A stretch of 64,000 nucleotides of DNA from a virus (taxonomy: Duplodnaviria; Heunggongvirae; Uroviricota; Caudoviricetes), in IMG/VR virus record IMGVR_UViG_3300027744_000008. One strand, given 5' to 3'. This document shows, piece after piece, positions 19,539-28,114 of the stretch. Position 1 is the stretch's first letter. The number at the start of each line of letters is the position of its first letter. Under the pieces are notes generated by a model. The model saw only the letters and a program-made list of their open reading frames with translations, searched no databases and was not told the origin of the DNA. The position numbers were made by a program, and so were the translations under genes.

Positions 19539-20312
19539 ATGGATTTTATAAGTAAATTCAGATGGTTTTATTACATGAATCTCATAAGTATTCCTGTGGG
19601 TATTATAGTAGCGTTTTATACATCATTGTACTGGTTACTTTTTACTTTTTTTTGGTATAGATTTGTAGGTATAATTTTTTTCTCTATTGGACTTCATAGA
19701 TATTTTGCACATAGATCTTTTAAAACTGGTCCTTTGAGACATAAAATACTTGCTCTAGGATCAATACTAACTGGTGCTGGAAGTCCTATAGCATTTTCTG
19801 CATCGCATACACATCACCATAAGCACAGTGATAAAGAATTGGATCTACATAGTCCTAAGGATGGGGCTTTTCACTCATGTGTCTCTTGGTTACTCAATTC
19901 TAAACAGTGGTTTTTTGAGGAAAAAGGAATGATTGTTCCTATGTTTGCAGTAAAAGATAGATTCGTTAACTTTGTTCATAAGTATTATTTTAGTTTATGG
20001 TTTCTGATATCTCTTAGTTTGTTCTTGATTGACTGGAAACTTTTTCTGTTTATGATACCAGTAACAGCAGGCATTGGTACTTTAACAAATAATTTTGTCG
20101 GGGTATATATTGCCCATGTGAAATTACCCGGATCATACAAAAATTTTGATACAAAGGATAATAGTTATAATAATCAATTTGTTCAATTGTTGGAAATAGC
20201 AGAAGGGTATCACAATAATCATCACGCAGATCCTTCTAATTATAACTTTGCTAGAAAACCAGGTGAGTTTGATGCGTGTGCCTGGATAATTGAAAGATTT
20301 TTTAAAATATGA
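19539..20312 (+). CDS. membrane acyl-lipid/acyl-CoA delta-9 desaturase-like protein (paralog 1)
   Basis: His boxes HRYFAHRSFK, HTHHHKHSDKELDLHSPKDG, EGYHNNHHADP; 2+2 TM topology. Confidence 0.7.
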   Translation: MDFISKFRWFYYMNLISIPVGIIVAFYTSLYWLLFTFFWYRFVGIIFFSIGLHRYFAHRSFKTGPLRHKILALGSILTGAGSPIAFSASHTHHHKHSDKELDLHSPKDGAFHSCVSWLLNSKQWFFEEKGMIVPMFAVKDRFVNFVHKYYFSLWFLISLSLFLIDWKLFLFMIPVTAGIGTLTNNFVGVYIAHVKLPGSYKNFDTKDNSYNNQFVQLLEIAEGYHNNHHADPSNYNFARKPGEFDACAWIIERFFKI

Positions 20313-20989
20313 ATGATGTTTGGAATACCTTAATTGAAATTGAAAACTACTTTGAATCAAAGTTTTATGCTACAGGCAGTATCGTAAACGAGCCAGGAAT
20401 GGATCGCTTTAACCAACCAGGTTGGGTTAACAAAGTTTGGGCCAGTAGTCAGTATCGTAGAGCACACATTGATGTAGTAGATGCCCGTGACACCAAGGGA
20501 CTTTGGATGATGCACTGCTGTGTATTTCCACACTTGCACAATCCTGCACCTATCTTTGGATTTGATGTAGTAGCAGGTAAAAACAAGATCACAGGCTGCT
20601 TTCACGACTTTAGTCCAGCAGGCGATCATAATCATCCTCTAATTGACTGGTTCATGGAAGAATCAGAAAAACTTACTTGGAATAAAAAGCGACCCTTACC
20701 AGACTGGGCAGAACGTATCTTTACCAAACATATGATTGCTGCGGGCAACGTCAGCGAAGAAGACGAACTAGCGCAGATTTTAGCCATGGCACGTAAGAAC
20801 TTAAACTGCTATCTAGATGAAGTGGGACTAACTAATAATACTGTGGATAATACAAAAGACGCACAGAATTACTATGCACAGAATCAAAAAATGAACCCGC
20901 ATACGCCTAAAGTCATGGCTAGCCTAGGCCTAAACGAAAAAGATGTGCAGTTGTTTATTCAGGACTGTTTGTTCCCGGAGATAGTATAA
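20309..20989 (+). CDS. ferredoxin-dependent bilin reductase (PcyA/PebS/PcyX family)
   Basis: VNKVWASSQYRRAHIDVVDARDTKGLWMMHCCVFPHLHNPAPIFGFDVVAG aligns with PcyA W.AS.YRKIHLE..DILHCVMFP..PLFGCD..AG core; directly downstream of heme oxygenase. Confidence 0.75.
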   Translation: MNDVWNTLIEIENYFESKFYATGSIVNEPGMDRFNQPGWVNKVWASSQYRRAHIDVVDARDTKGLWMMHCCVFPHLHNPAPIFGFDVVAGKNKITGCFHDFSPAGDHNHPLIDWFMEESEKLTWNKKRPLPDWAERIFTKHMIAAGNVSEEDELAQILAMARKNLNCYLDEVGLTNNTVDNTKDAQNYYAQNQKMNPHTPKVMASLGLNEKDVQLFIQDCLFPEIV

Positions 20990-20999
20990 ATATTATACT

Positions 21000-22511
21000 A
21001 TGAGATTTAAACAAATTACGGTTGAATATGCGGCAGCAACTACTCCGGGAGTTCAAGAACTTAAAAATCTAGTAAATTCTGCTGGCACACTACCTGCAGA
21101 TTCTCCCGTTAGATTAACAGTACAAAAGTTATTAAACACTATTGCTCTTAAGGCCAGCGGACAAATAGCTGAAGTAGCAGGAGCTCCAGTTGGATCTAGG
21201 CTATTACTTACACAGCAAATTCTAGAAGCATTTTTAAAAATGTCTCCAGAAGAGCAGGCCAAGACAAGAGAAGCAGTGCAAGCAGGACAAAGTGCGGTTG
21301 ATGCTGCGAAGAAAGTTGTTAAGCATCCCGAAGTTAGTAAATCATTTAAATCTTTAGAAACAAAAATAAAACTTGATGTTCAGGGCAATATTATTAAAAT
21401 GGACAAAGAGTTAGAAGAGCAAGCACACGAAATTGCTAGTAGTTTACATTTAGATATTAAATGGGCACGTAATCTTATTGGAATGTTCGGTGTTAGTATC
21501 AGTAGAGAAGATAGAAACGCCTTTATTGCAGCCTGTAGAGAAGGCACTGCTCTAGATATGCCCGGAATGTTCCGAGACAAAGAAGGCAAACTAGAAGATT
21601 ATATTACTCAAAATCCGCCTAGTATTAAACAAGTATTTCAATCTGTAAAATCAACATTGCTAGACATTAGTTTAAGTTCAGGCCAAGGTGCTGCCACCGG
21701 ACCGTTTGAAGCTATGCTGGCTATTATGGGTGGAGCTAAAAAAGCAGAAAAAGGTGACTTAGAAATTAATGGAAAGAAATACGAAGTTAAAAGTAGTTCT
21801 GTTAGTATAAACGCAAAAGGTGGTACCAGTAATAGTGGTGGTTGGTTAGACTCAACTGGGGAACTTGCACCAAGTGATGTACGTAACAATTTTAGAAAAA
21901 TACTAGAAAAACAATCCCCAAACCCTATTAACACTTCCGACGGAAAAACTTTATTTGCAAAGTCAGATTTTAGACCTACTAACATAGCTAATTTAGCTAT
22001 GTTGCTCAACACAGTGAATAGACCTAATCAGGTTATGTTTTCTTTACACGCTGAATTATTCCCAAATGTTGCAAAAATTGAAACGCCGGAATATAGTTTT
22101 AAGAATAGCATAAAAACGATTGTAAAATCCATTCTAGCAGAAAATGCTACAGAAGTTGCTAAACAACAAGCCATCATGGCGATGTTACAATATGCCGCAG
22201 GCCCATATCAAAGCGGATTTATACTTTTCAACAGTAGTTTTCAAATGTTTAAAATCATCGATAGTATTGAAGAAATATTTTCTTTAGCAGCTGATCCTGA
22301 TGGTCAAGGTGTACACTTTGAATCCAAAGGGATAACTATGGGTACAGGAAGAAAATCTAGTCCAGGCATTTATTATGGACCAATACATAACAGTCCAGAG
22401 GGTAAAGAGTATGCTATCCGAGTTAAACAAAGTCCGGAGTATATGAGAAAATTTAAAGCAGGATTGGCAGCTAACAAAAAAGAAAAAGCAGAACATGGTG
22501 TAAAGTCTTAA
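21000..22511 (+). CDS. hypothetical protein (503 aa)
   Basis: ORF track, no recognisable motif. Confidence 0.5.
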   Translation: MRFKQITVEYAAATTPGVQELKNLVNSAGTLPADSPVRLTVQKLLNTIALKASGQIAEVAGAPVGSRLLLTQQILEAFLKMSPEEQAKTREAVQAGQSAVDAAKKVVKHPEVSKSFKSLETKIKLDVQGNIIKMDKELEEQAHEIASSLHLDIKWARNLIGMFGVSISREDRNAFIAACREGTALDMPGMFRDKEGKLEDYITQNPPSIKQVFQSVKSTLLDISLSSGQGAATGPFEAMLAIMGGAKKAEKGDLEINGKKYEVKSSSVSINAKGGTSNSGGWLDSTGELAPSDVRNNFRKILEKQSPNPINTSDGKTLFAKSDFRPTNIANLAMLLNTVNRPNQVMFSLHAELFPNVAKIETPEYSFKNSIKTIVKSILAENATEVAKQQAIMAMLQYAAGPYQSGFILFNSSFQMFKIIDSIEEIFSLAADPDGQGVHFESKGITMGTGRKSSPGIYYGPIHNSPEGKEYAIRVKQSPEYMRKFKAGLAANKKEKAEHGVKS

Positions 22512-22521
22512 AATTAATATT

Positions 22522-22830
22522 ATGAAAAAACTATTTGCAATCCTAATGTTCTTAAGTATCACAGCCTATGCTGAAATACGTGAAAAGACTATCAAAGTTA
22601 AATGTGGTGACGAAAAAGAATTTAGATCGATGATACGGGCGTTCAAAGAAACTCCTGTGGTCATGGCCTCTAATGAAGTAGACAATGTAATACTAATTGT
22701 GTGGGCCAACAAGGAAACTAAAACTAGTACCTGGATAGCACATTTACCGTTGACCGGTGAGTACTGTACATTTGGAGCAGGATCAACATTGAGTTTACCG
22801 AAAATTAGTCAAAGCATCAAATACCAATAA
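22522..22830 (+). CDS. small secreted protein
   Basis: signal peptide MKKLFAILMFLSITAYA. Confidence 0.45.
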   Translation: MKKLFAILMFLSITAYAEIREKTIKVKCGDEKEFRSMIRAFKETPVVMASNEVDNVILIVWANKETKTSTWIAHLPLTGEYCTFGAGSTLSLPKISQSIKYQ

Positions 22831-22836
22831 CGGCAT

Positions 22837-22861
22837 GCTCCACTAGTTGGAGCTTTTTTTT
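22837..22861 (+). terminator. rho-independent terminator
   Basis: gctccactagttggagc hairpin followed by tttttttt. Confidence 0.6.
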
Positions 22862-23107
22862 GAAATGAAAAAACTAATACTATTATTCTTATTATTATCA
22901 ACAAGTGCATACGCTGATATGAGCGAGTGTATGAACATGCCGCATCAAGATAAGAAGAATTACTGTATGGCCAGCTATAGTGGAAGTGCAGCATTCTGTG
23001 ATAAAATTAAAAGTTATGAATTTCGAACACAGTGTATGAGAATGGTTATTGCAAAACAAAGACAAGTACAATACGGAATATCGCCTAAAGAAGAAAAAAA
23101 GGAGTGA
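22847..23107 (+). CDS. small secreted Cys-rich protein
   Basis: signal peptide LLFLLLSTSAYA; 6 Cys. Confidence 0.4.
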   Translation: MELFFEMKKLILLFLLLSTSAYADMSECMNMPHQDKKNYCMASYSGSAAFCDKIKSYEFRTQCMRMVIAKQRQVQYGISPKEEKKE

Positions 23108-23110
23108 ACA

Positions 23111-23269
23111 ATGAGTTGGTTTAAACACAGCCCACCTAAACATCCCCCACATAGACCGCACAGTCATCCCCACCGAACAAGTCCAGCAACAGAACGAATG
23201 ATGGACGAAGCCAAAGAAACTGGCCCAACTGAAAAGAAATCTCGTAAAAAAAAATCTAAACCAGAATAA
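23111..23269 (+). CDS. small basic His/Pro-rich protein (52 aa), not in ORF track
   Basis: ATG 8 nt after RBS aaaaaggagtgaac; MSWFKHSPPKHPPHRPHSHPHR... Confidence 0.3.
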   Translation: MSWFKHSPPKHPPHRPHSHPHRTSPATERMMDEAKETGPTEKKSRKKKSKPE

Positions 23270-23290
23270 ATATAATTTTAAGGACCCATT

Positions 23291-23626
23291 ATGCGTAAAA
23301 CAGTAATGGCGTTCCTATTCTGCCTAACTAGCTCTATAGCCAACGCCCAAGAACCGGTGCCAATATTCACAGACACTGTGATGAAAGATAATTCTTTGAT
23401 TGTATTAGGCCAGCAGGTATGGGACGGTCAGTGTCGACACTGCCACGGCAACAGTGCGTATCCTGGCAAGGCACCCAAACTTAAATCTAGCAGTTATCAA
23501 CCTGATTTTGTCTACGATCGGGTGACCAATGGATTTCGCAAAATGCCTGGTTGGAAAGCTGTCTTTAGTGAACAACAGCGAATCGGGGTAACTGCATATA
23601 TATTGAGTGATAAATTTTCACCCTAA
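23291..23626 (+). CDS. class I c-type cytochrome (c553/c6-like), secreted
   Basis: signal peptide + CRHCHG heme-binding CxxCH + distal KMPGW Met ligand. Confidence 0.6.
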   Translation: MRKTVMAFLFCLTSSIANAQEPVPIFTDTVMKDNSLIVLGQQVWDGQCRHCHGNSAYPGKAPKLKSSSYQPDFVYDRVTNGFRKMPGWKAVFSEQQRIGVTAYILSDKFSP

Positions 23627-23654
23627 CAATAAATACTAGTTTAAAGGAACCACT

Positions 23655-23954
23655 ATGAAAAAGGCAATTACGGTGGCGTTCCTATTCTGCCTAACTAGCT
23701 CTATAGCAAACGCCCAGGAGATTATTGATTTAAACAAAGCAATGAAATGTTCAGACCCACAAAAAGTAATGAACTATTTTGTTGATACGCACAAAGAAAC
23801 ACCAATCTGGGTTGGTAAGACAGTACATAATAGTCATATAACATTGTTAATGAACAAAGAAACACGTTCATGGACTATAATAGAATATGATGTTAAATTA
23901 GCCTGTGTACTAGGTGCCGGTGAAGACAAGTCGGGCAGCAGTCCTGAAATTTAA
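23655..23954 (+). CDS. secreted hypothetical protein sharing the signal peptide of the upstream cytochrome
   Basis: AFLFCLTSSIANAQE identical to 23291 gene N-terminus (about 45 nt near-identical DNA). Confidence 0.45.
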   Translation: MKKAITVAFLFCLTSSIANAQEIIDLNKAMKCSDPQKVMNYFVDTHKETPIWVGKTVHNSHITLLMNKETRSWTIIEYDVKLACVLGAGEDKSGSSPEI

Positions 23955-24025
23955 CAATTTCAATAATAACTAGCAGTTTATATTCTAATCCAAACTCTTA
24001 AATAAAATGTTGGGAGCGGATCAGA

Positions 24026-24310
24026 ATGAAACAAAAATTAGCATTAGGTGCGTTGGTAACGTCAGTCGCCATTACTATGAGCGGCAAGATAGATATCAAT
24101 CTAATGCCTCAGACTGTGGTATATGAACGACCGGCAGTCCAACGACAAAATTATAAAACCTTATGTGACCGTACTAGAGAATTCAATGATCGCGGTCGAC
24201 ATGTCTGCGAATACAAGTGCAGAGAAGGTGATCAAAAAACCTTGTATATGACCTACTACAGCTCGTCAATGCAGTGCAGAGATGTTGTTGAGACCGAGAT
24301 AAAACGTTAA
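24026..24310 (+). CDS. small secreted Cys-containing protein
   Basis: signal peptide; ORF track. Confidence 0.4.
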   Translation: MKQKLALGALVTSVAITMSGKIDINLMPQTVVYERPAVQRQNYKTLCDRTREFNDRGRHVCEYKCREGDQKTLYMTYYSSSMQCRDVVETEIKR

Positions 24311-24320
24311 TAAATAATTA

Positions 24321-25076
24321 ATGAAAAAATTATTATTAATAATACTTGTACTATTCGCCTCCGCAACATTTGCCAATAAGCCTGTCAAGGTCACTGCCAA
24401 CAGTTGGATAGTAGCAGATGCAGATGGCAACATAATCGAAGGTAAAAATACAGAAACTGTTAGGGCTATTGCCAGTATAACAAAGTTGGTCACTGCCATG
24501 GTTGTATTAGATGCAAAGCAATCACTTAATCAAACTATTACTCTACGTAAATTTAAGAAAACTAAGCTAACTAGACAACAGTTGATTGACCTGGCTCTAG
24601 TACACAGTGATAACCAAGCCGCAGACGCTCTGTGTAAGAATTATCCAAAAGGGTATCAGGCCTGTGTGCTTGCAATGAACAACAAAGTTAAATCACTAGG
24701 TATGATGTCAACATATTTTAATGATTCTACAGGATTAAGTCACGCCAACGTTAGCACTGCTGAGGACTTAATCAAATTGGTTAGAGCAAGCCATCAGTAT
24801 CCAGCAATACTTGCAGCTTCGCATCAAGACGCTGTGCGTATTTCTACACGGACTAAACGTAAAAAAACACGTACTCAAACTTTTGTTAATACTAATCCCT
24901 TGGTAAGACTGGGGCAACCAGTTACTGTGAGTAAAACAGGTTTTAACAATGCCAGCGGAGGTTGCTTGGTCATGCAATTAAGAACATCAATAGGTGAACG
25001 TATTGTTATTGTTCTAGGTAGTAGAAATACAAAAACTAGATTTCCAGAAGCTGAGTTTTTAGTGGCCAGTAGATAA
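24321..25076 (+). CDS. D-alanyl-D-alanine carboxypeptidase/endopeptidase (PBP5/PBP7-like serine peptidase S11)
   Basis: SITK (SxxK), SDN (VHSDNQA), KTG (SKTGF) motifs in correct order and spacing; signal peptide. Confidence 0.7.
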   Translation: MKKLLLIILVLFASATFANKPVKVTANSWIVADADGNIIEGKNTETVRAIASITKLVTAMVVLDAKQSLNQTITLRKFKKTKLTRQQLIDLALVHSDNQAADALCKNYPKGYQACVLAMNNKVKSLGMMSTYFNDSTGLSHANVSTAEDLIKLVRASHQYPAILAASHQDAVRISTRTKRKKTRTQTFVNTNPLVRLGQPVTVSKTGFNNASGGCLVMQLRTSIGERIVIVLGSRNTKTRFPEAEFLVASR

Positions 25077-25145
25077 GCGTATTTAATTTTATTAATGTAA
25101 TAATTAAATAAATTGTAGGTTGAGCGACCTACAAGGAGCGACTGT

Positions 25146-25286
25146 ATGGTCAAGGCATTAACTGAGCTACGTGAACATTTGGAACAAGTAAAGAATCCAT
25201 TTTTATTCTTTATCTGGGTGTCTCTTGTATATCTTCTAGTAGCAGCATTGGCCTTAGTCGGAGTATATTTCTATACTCGTCCTTAA
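25146..25286 (+). CDS. small membrane protein (46 aa), not in ORF track
   Basis: RBS caaggagcgact; hydrophobic helix. Confidence 0.3.
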   Translation: MVKALTELREHLEQVKNPFLFFIWVSLVYLLVAALALVGVYFYTRP

Positions 25287-25618
25287 TGATGTTTATCAAG
25301 GTGTAAAAACCATTTCTCTAATTGTTCTAAAGTCAACTCCCCATCAAAATGCTTTTTAAATCCATGGTATCTACGTATCTTGTCTTTATCACCGTTGAAT
25401 CGAGCTATGATTTGTTCTTCTTCTAGATGTTTTCGCAGTATCTCTGGATAAATCTCTTGGTAGGTATAGTATCCAAATAACCAAACACAAGCAATAAATG
25501 AAGTTATTGCAATGAAAGCATATATGTAGTCATGGAAAATGATTAGTATTGCAGGCACAGCAAACACACTGAGTATTGTTCCTAAAATTATCAACAGTGA
25601 TTTAATTACTGGATTCAT
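25283..25618 (-). CDS. membrane protein
   Basis: ORF track; two TM helices. Confidence 0.45.
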   Translation of the reverse strand: MNPVIKSLLIILGTILSVFAVPAILIIFHDYIYAFIAITSFIACVWLFGYYTYQEIYPEILRKHLEEEQIIARFNGDKDKIRRYHGFKKHFDGELTLEQLEKWFLHLDKHH

Positions 25619-26432
25619 TTTGTTCTTTCTGTCTACGTTCTTGTGCTAGGAAATCTTCGTACTCTTTTAATTTACGCTGATGTTCAAACCATTCTTGACG
25701 TCTTACTTGTTCTAATGTATCTCTGTACTTGTGCATATTGGTACCACCCCAACGCTTTTGTGCGTCGTGAGCCACCCACATAAAGAATCCCATCATAACA
25801 AACACTAATATTATTGCTGCAATACCCACAGAAATTTCAAATTGATAATGTGCCATTCGTCGTCTACGTAGTCTAGCTTTTTCTATTTCTTTGACCATGA
25901 GAACTTTTTGTTCTTTGCCCAGCTCTTTGGTCATGTCATTTACTTCAGTATATAACGCACCTAATTCAGGTGGACTCTGGTAGATCATTAATTCACGTAA
26001 TTCTGTGCCCATTTGTTCTAGTTGCTTTTTCATTAGCACACGTTTTAAGGCACGTTTGGCTAGACTGTCACCACCACTGTATACTTCAGTCTTTGATCGC
26101 TTTTCTTCATCTTCAAGTACTGCTAGACATTTAAAATAGTTGTCATAGTATTGACCAAGATAGTCGCCAATTTCAGCATAGATATTCACAGTTTCTTCAC
26201 TGCGTTTGTTTAGTTCTTTAACGCGAGATTTTTCTTCGTTGAATTGCTTAACAGCTTCGGCAGGCGGTGACTTACCTTTGCCTTCGTAAGCATCATGAAA
26301 TTGTTTGTCAAGGTCTTTGAGTACGCCTTTTACATCACCCGCGGCGCTTTTGATGTCTTTATAAAGTTGACACCCTTTTTTTACGGCTTGTACTGCGCCG
26401 CTTGCCAAGGCAAAGAGTGTAAAAGGATCCAT
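25602..26432 (-). CDS. coiled-coil protein with C-terminal TM helix
   Basis: ORF track; overlaps downstream gene start. Confidence 0.45.
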   Translation of the reverse strand: MDPFTLFALASGAVQAVKKGCQLYKDIKSAAGDVKGVLKDLDKQFHDAYEGKGKSPPAEAVKQFNEEKSRVKELNKRSEETVNIYAEIGDYLGQYYDNYFKCLAVLEDEEKRSKTEVYSGGDSLAKRALKRVLMKKQLEQMGTELRELMIYQSPPELGALYTEVNDMTKELGKEQKVLMVKEIEKARLRRRRMAHYQFEISVGIAAIILVFVMMGFFMWVAHDAQKRWGGTNMHKYRDTLEQVRRQEWFEHQRKLKEYEDFLAQERRQKEQNESSN

Positions 26433-26501
26433 CTAGTCGCTCCATAATAATACGCTAATATTATTTAAAGCGACTGGAGTTTAGATAATGTTAGTGGTTA
26501 A

Positions 26502-27056
26502 TTAAATGAATGGTATCCACAGCCAGATGCCTTGGCTCAACAGCACTGTGCCAACCACAGCAACCACTTCGCTGATACGGTACATGGTGTTGTTCACACT
26601 CAAAATACTGGCACTCAACAGCACAATGGCCAGTTGAAATGCCAATGACGCAAATGTCAACCATGGTGTGTGGCGTGTGGCTTCATCACGTGCGGCTTCG
26701 TAGGCCTGTGCTTTTTGCAACAGTTCACGCTTGCCTTCCGCCTTCACAGGGTCTGATTCGTAGCGAGCAATCTTGGCTACAAGTGCTGCTTTACGCTGGG
26801 GATCACGTGTTTCTTCTAACTGTCCTTCAGCAATACTTTGCTTGATGCTCTTGCTTTGATAGAACGCATAGGTGTCTGTGGCCTTCAACATGTTCTTCAG
26901 CACAGCACCTGAGTAACTGTTTGAAAAGTATGTGGTCACAGCCATGAACAAGGCCATGATCACAATCACAAGTCCGGCTTTGTCTTTAATTGCTGCTTCA
27001 CGTTCACTACGTGACAAGGGTTTTGTTTCTACTTCAGCCATTTTTAGCTCCTTCAA
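26502..27056 (-). CDS. membrane protein
   Basis: ORF track; two hydrophobic segments. Confidence 0.45.
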   Translation of the reverse strand: MKELKMAEVETKPLSRSEREAAIKDKAGLVIVIMALFMAVTTYFSNSYSGAVLKNMLKATDTYAFYQSKSIKQSIAEGQLEETRDPQRKAALVAKIARYESDPVKAEGKRELLQKAQAYEAARDEATRHTPWLTFASLAFQLAIVLLSASILSVNNTMYRISEVVAVVGTVLLSQGIWLWIPFI

Positions 27057-27246
27057 GTGTTTTATTTGGCTCTATCTTGACTAGTTGTTGCCGTCCATCG
27101 ATATTAGTAAATTCAAATCGATCACCGTTTTTCCAGCCTAAGTTATCTGTATTAAGTGTTCCATCTAAAATAATTTTTTCTCGAAATACTGTCCATTCTA
27201 AATCTCTATCCATTTTTAGCTCTCCTTTAATATTTAGTTTACTCAT
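27034..27246 (-). CDS. small hypothetical protein
   Basis: ORF track. Confidence 0.35.
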   Translation of the reverse strand: MSKLNIKGELKMDRDLEWTVFREKIILDGTLNTDNLGWKNGDRFEFTNIDGRQQLVKIEPNKTLEGAKNG

Positions 27247-27306
27247 TAAAGTTGCTTGGCTAAATAATTGACGTTATAATAACGTTTTTATTAGGAAATT
27301 AAGTAA

Positions 27307-27510
27307 ATGGCAACAGGTAAAGTAAAATGGTTTAATGAAACCAAGGGTTTTGGGTTTATTACTCCAGACAACGGTGGTGAGGATTTATTTGCTCACTACT
27401 CAGCAATTCAGTCTTCGGGCTTTAAAGTTCTACAAGAAAATCAAGAAGTAACTTTTGATGTAATTCAGGGTATGAAGGGTAAACAAGCAGCAAATATTGT
27501 ACCCCAATAA
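27307..27510 (+). CDS. cspA: cold-shock protein CspA family
   Basis: [49 protein letters not shown]: RNP1/RNP2 motifs of CSD. Confidence 0.9.
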   Translation: MATGKVKWFNETKGFGFITPDNGGEDLFAHYSAIQSSGFKVLQENQEVTFDVIQGMKGKQAANIVPQ

Positions 27511-27519
27511 GGAGATAAC

Positions 27520-27594
27520 ATGGCTAAATTTAAGGCACATCATCCACGTTCGATACGTGCAACAGCACGTAGAGTTCTTAAGAAAAGGAAATAA
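27520..27594 (+). CDS. tiny Arg/Lys-rich peptide (24 aa)
   Basis: strong RBS taaggagataac; MAKFKAHHPRSIRATARRVLKKRK. Confidence 0.3.
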   Translation: MAKFKAHHPRSIRATARRVLKKRK

Positions 27595-27596
27595 AT

Positions 27597-27704
27597 TATG
27601 CCTAGCCCACGTAGGGTCAGTCAGATTTTAAAAGGCAAAAAGCCTCCAAAGCCAAAGACAGTTAAGACTATGGCTAAACGAGTAGTTAGACGAAAGTCTA
27701 AATA
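27597..27704 (+). CDS. tiny Arg/Lys-rich peptide (35 aa)
   Basis: RBS aaaggaaataaatt; MPSPRRVSQILKGKKPPKPKTVKTMAKRVVRRKSK. Confidence 0.3.
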
Positions 27705-28045
27705 AGAAATTGTTGTAATTCCTTCAAAGTGAAGGCATTCTGGACGCGGGTTCGACTCCCGCCAGGTCCACCATTAAGTATACTCTATCCGCAAGGAGAC
27801 AAGTGGGTTCATCCATGTAGTGTACTTAATAATGGGCCTGCCATGGCTTCGACAGGGTGAGATAATAGAGACGGCAACACGGTAGGCGATGACCGTTAAT
27901 CAAGCAAAAACCGTAAATGCAACCGCAAATACATTCAAGTTTTGGCAAGCACCAGTTAGCATCGCTGCTAACGACGAGTTTGCACTAGCAGCCTAAGAAA
28001 CTGCACTTGCGAGGTAGGAAAGACCTTGTCATCCAACACACCAAA
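27705..28045 (+). ncRNA. ssrA: two-piece (circularly permuted) tmRNA: acceptor piece ending ...GGUUCGACUCCCGCCAGGUCCACCA (about 27705-27773), coding piece from GGGCCUGCCAUGGCUUCGACAGGG (27834) with tag reading frame ...AANDEFALAA-stop
   Basis: tRNA-like T-arm plus CCA precedes the 5' acceptor strand (gggcctg pairs caggtcc); gct gct aac gac gag ttt gca cta gca gcc taa = AANDEFALAA; gene closed by a terminator. Confidence 0.75.
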
Positions 28046-28072
28046 AAGGTTGCTTCGGCAACCTTTTTTCTT
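28046..28072 (+). terminator. rho-independent terminator (aaggttgc-ttcg-gcaacctt + U-run)
   Basis: seen directly after tmRNA. Confidence 0.7.
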
Positions 28073-28114
28073 TATAATACACACATCACAACACAACAAA
28101 CACGAAAGAAATAG

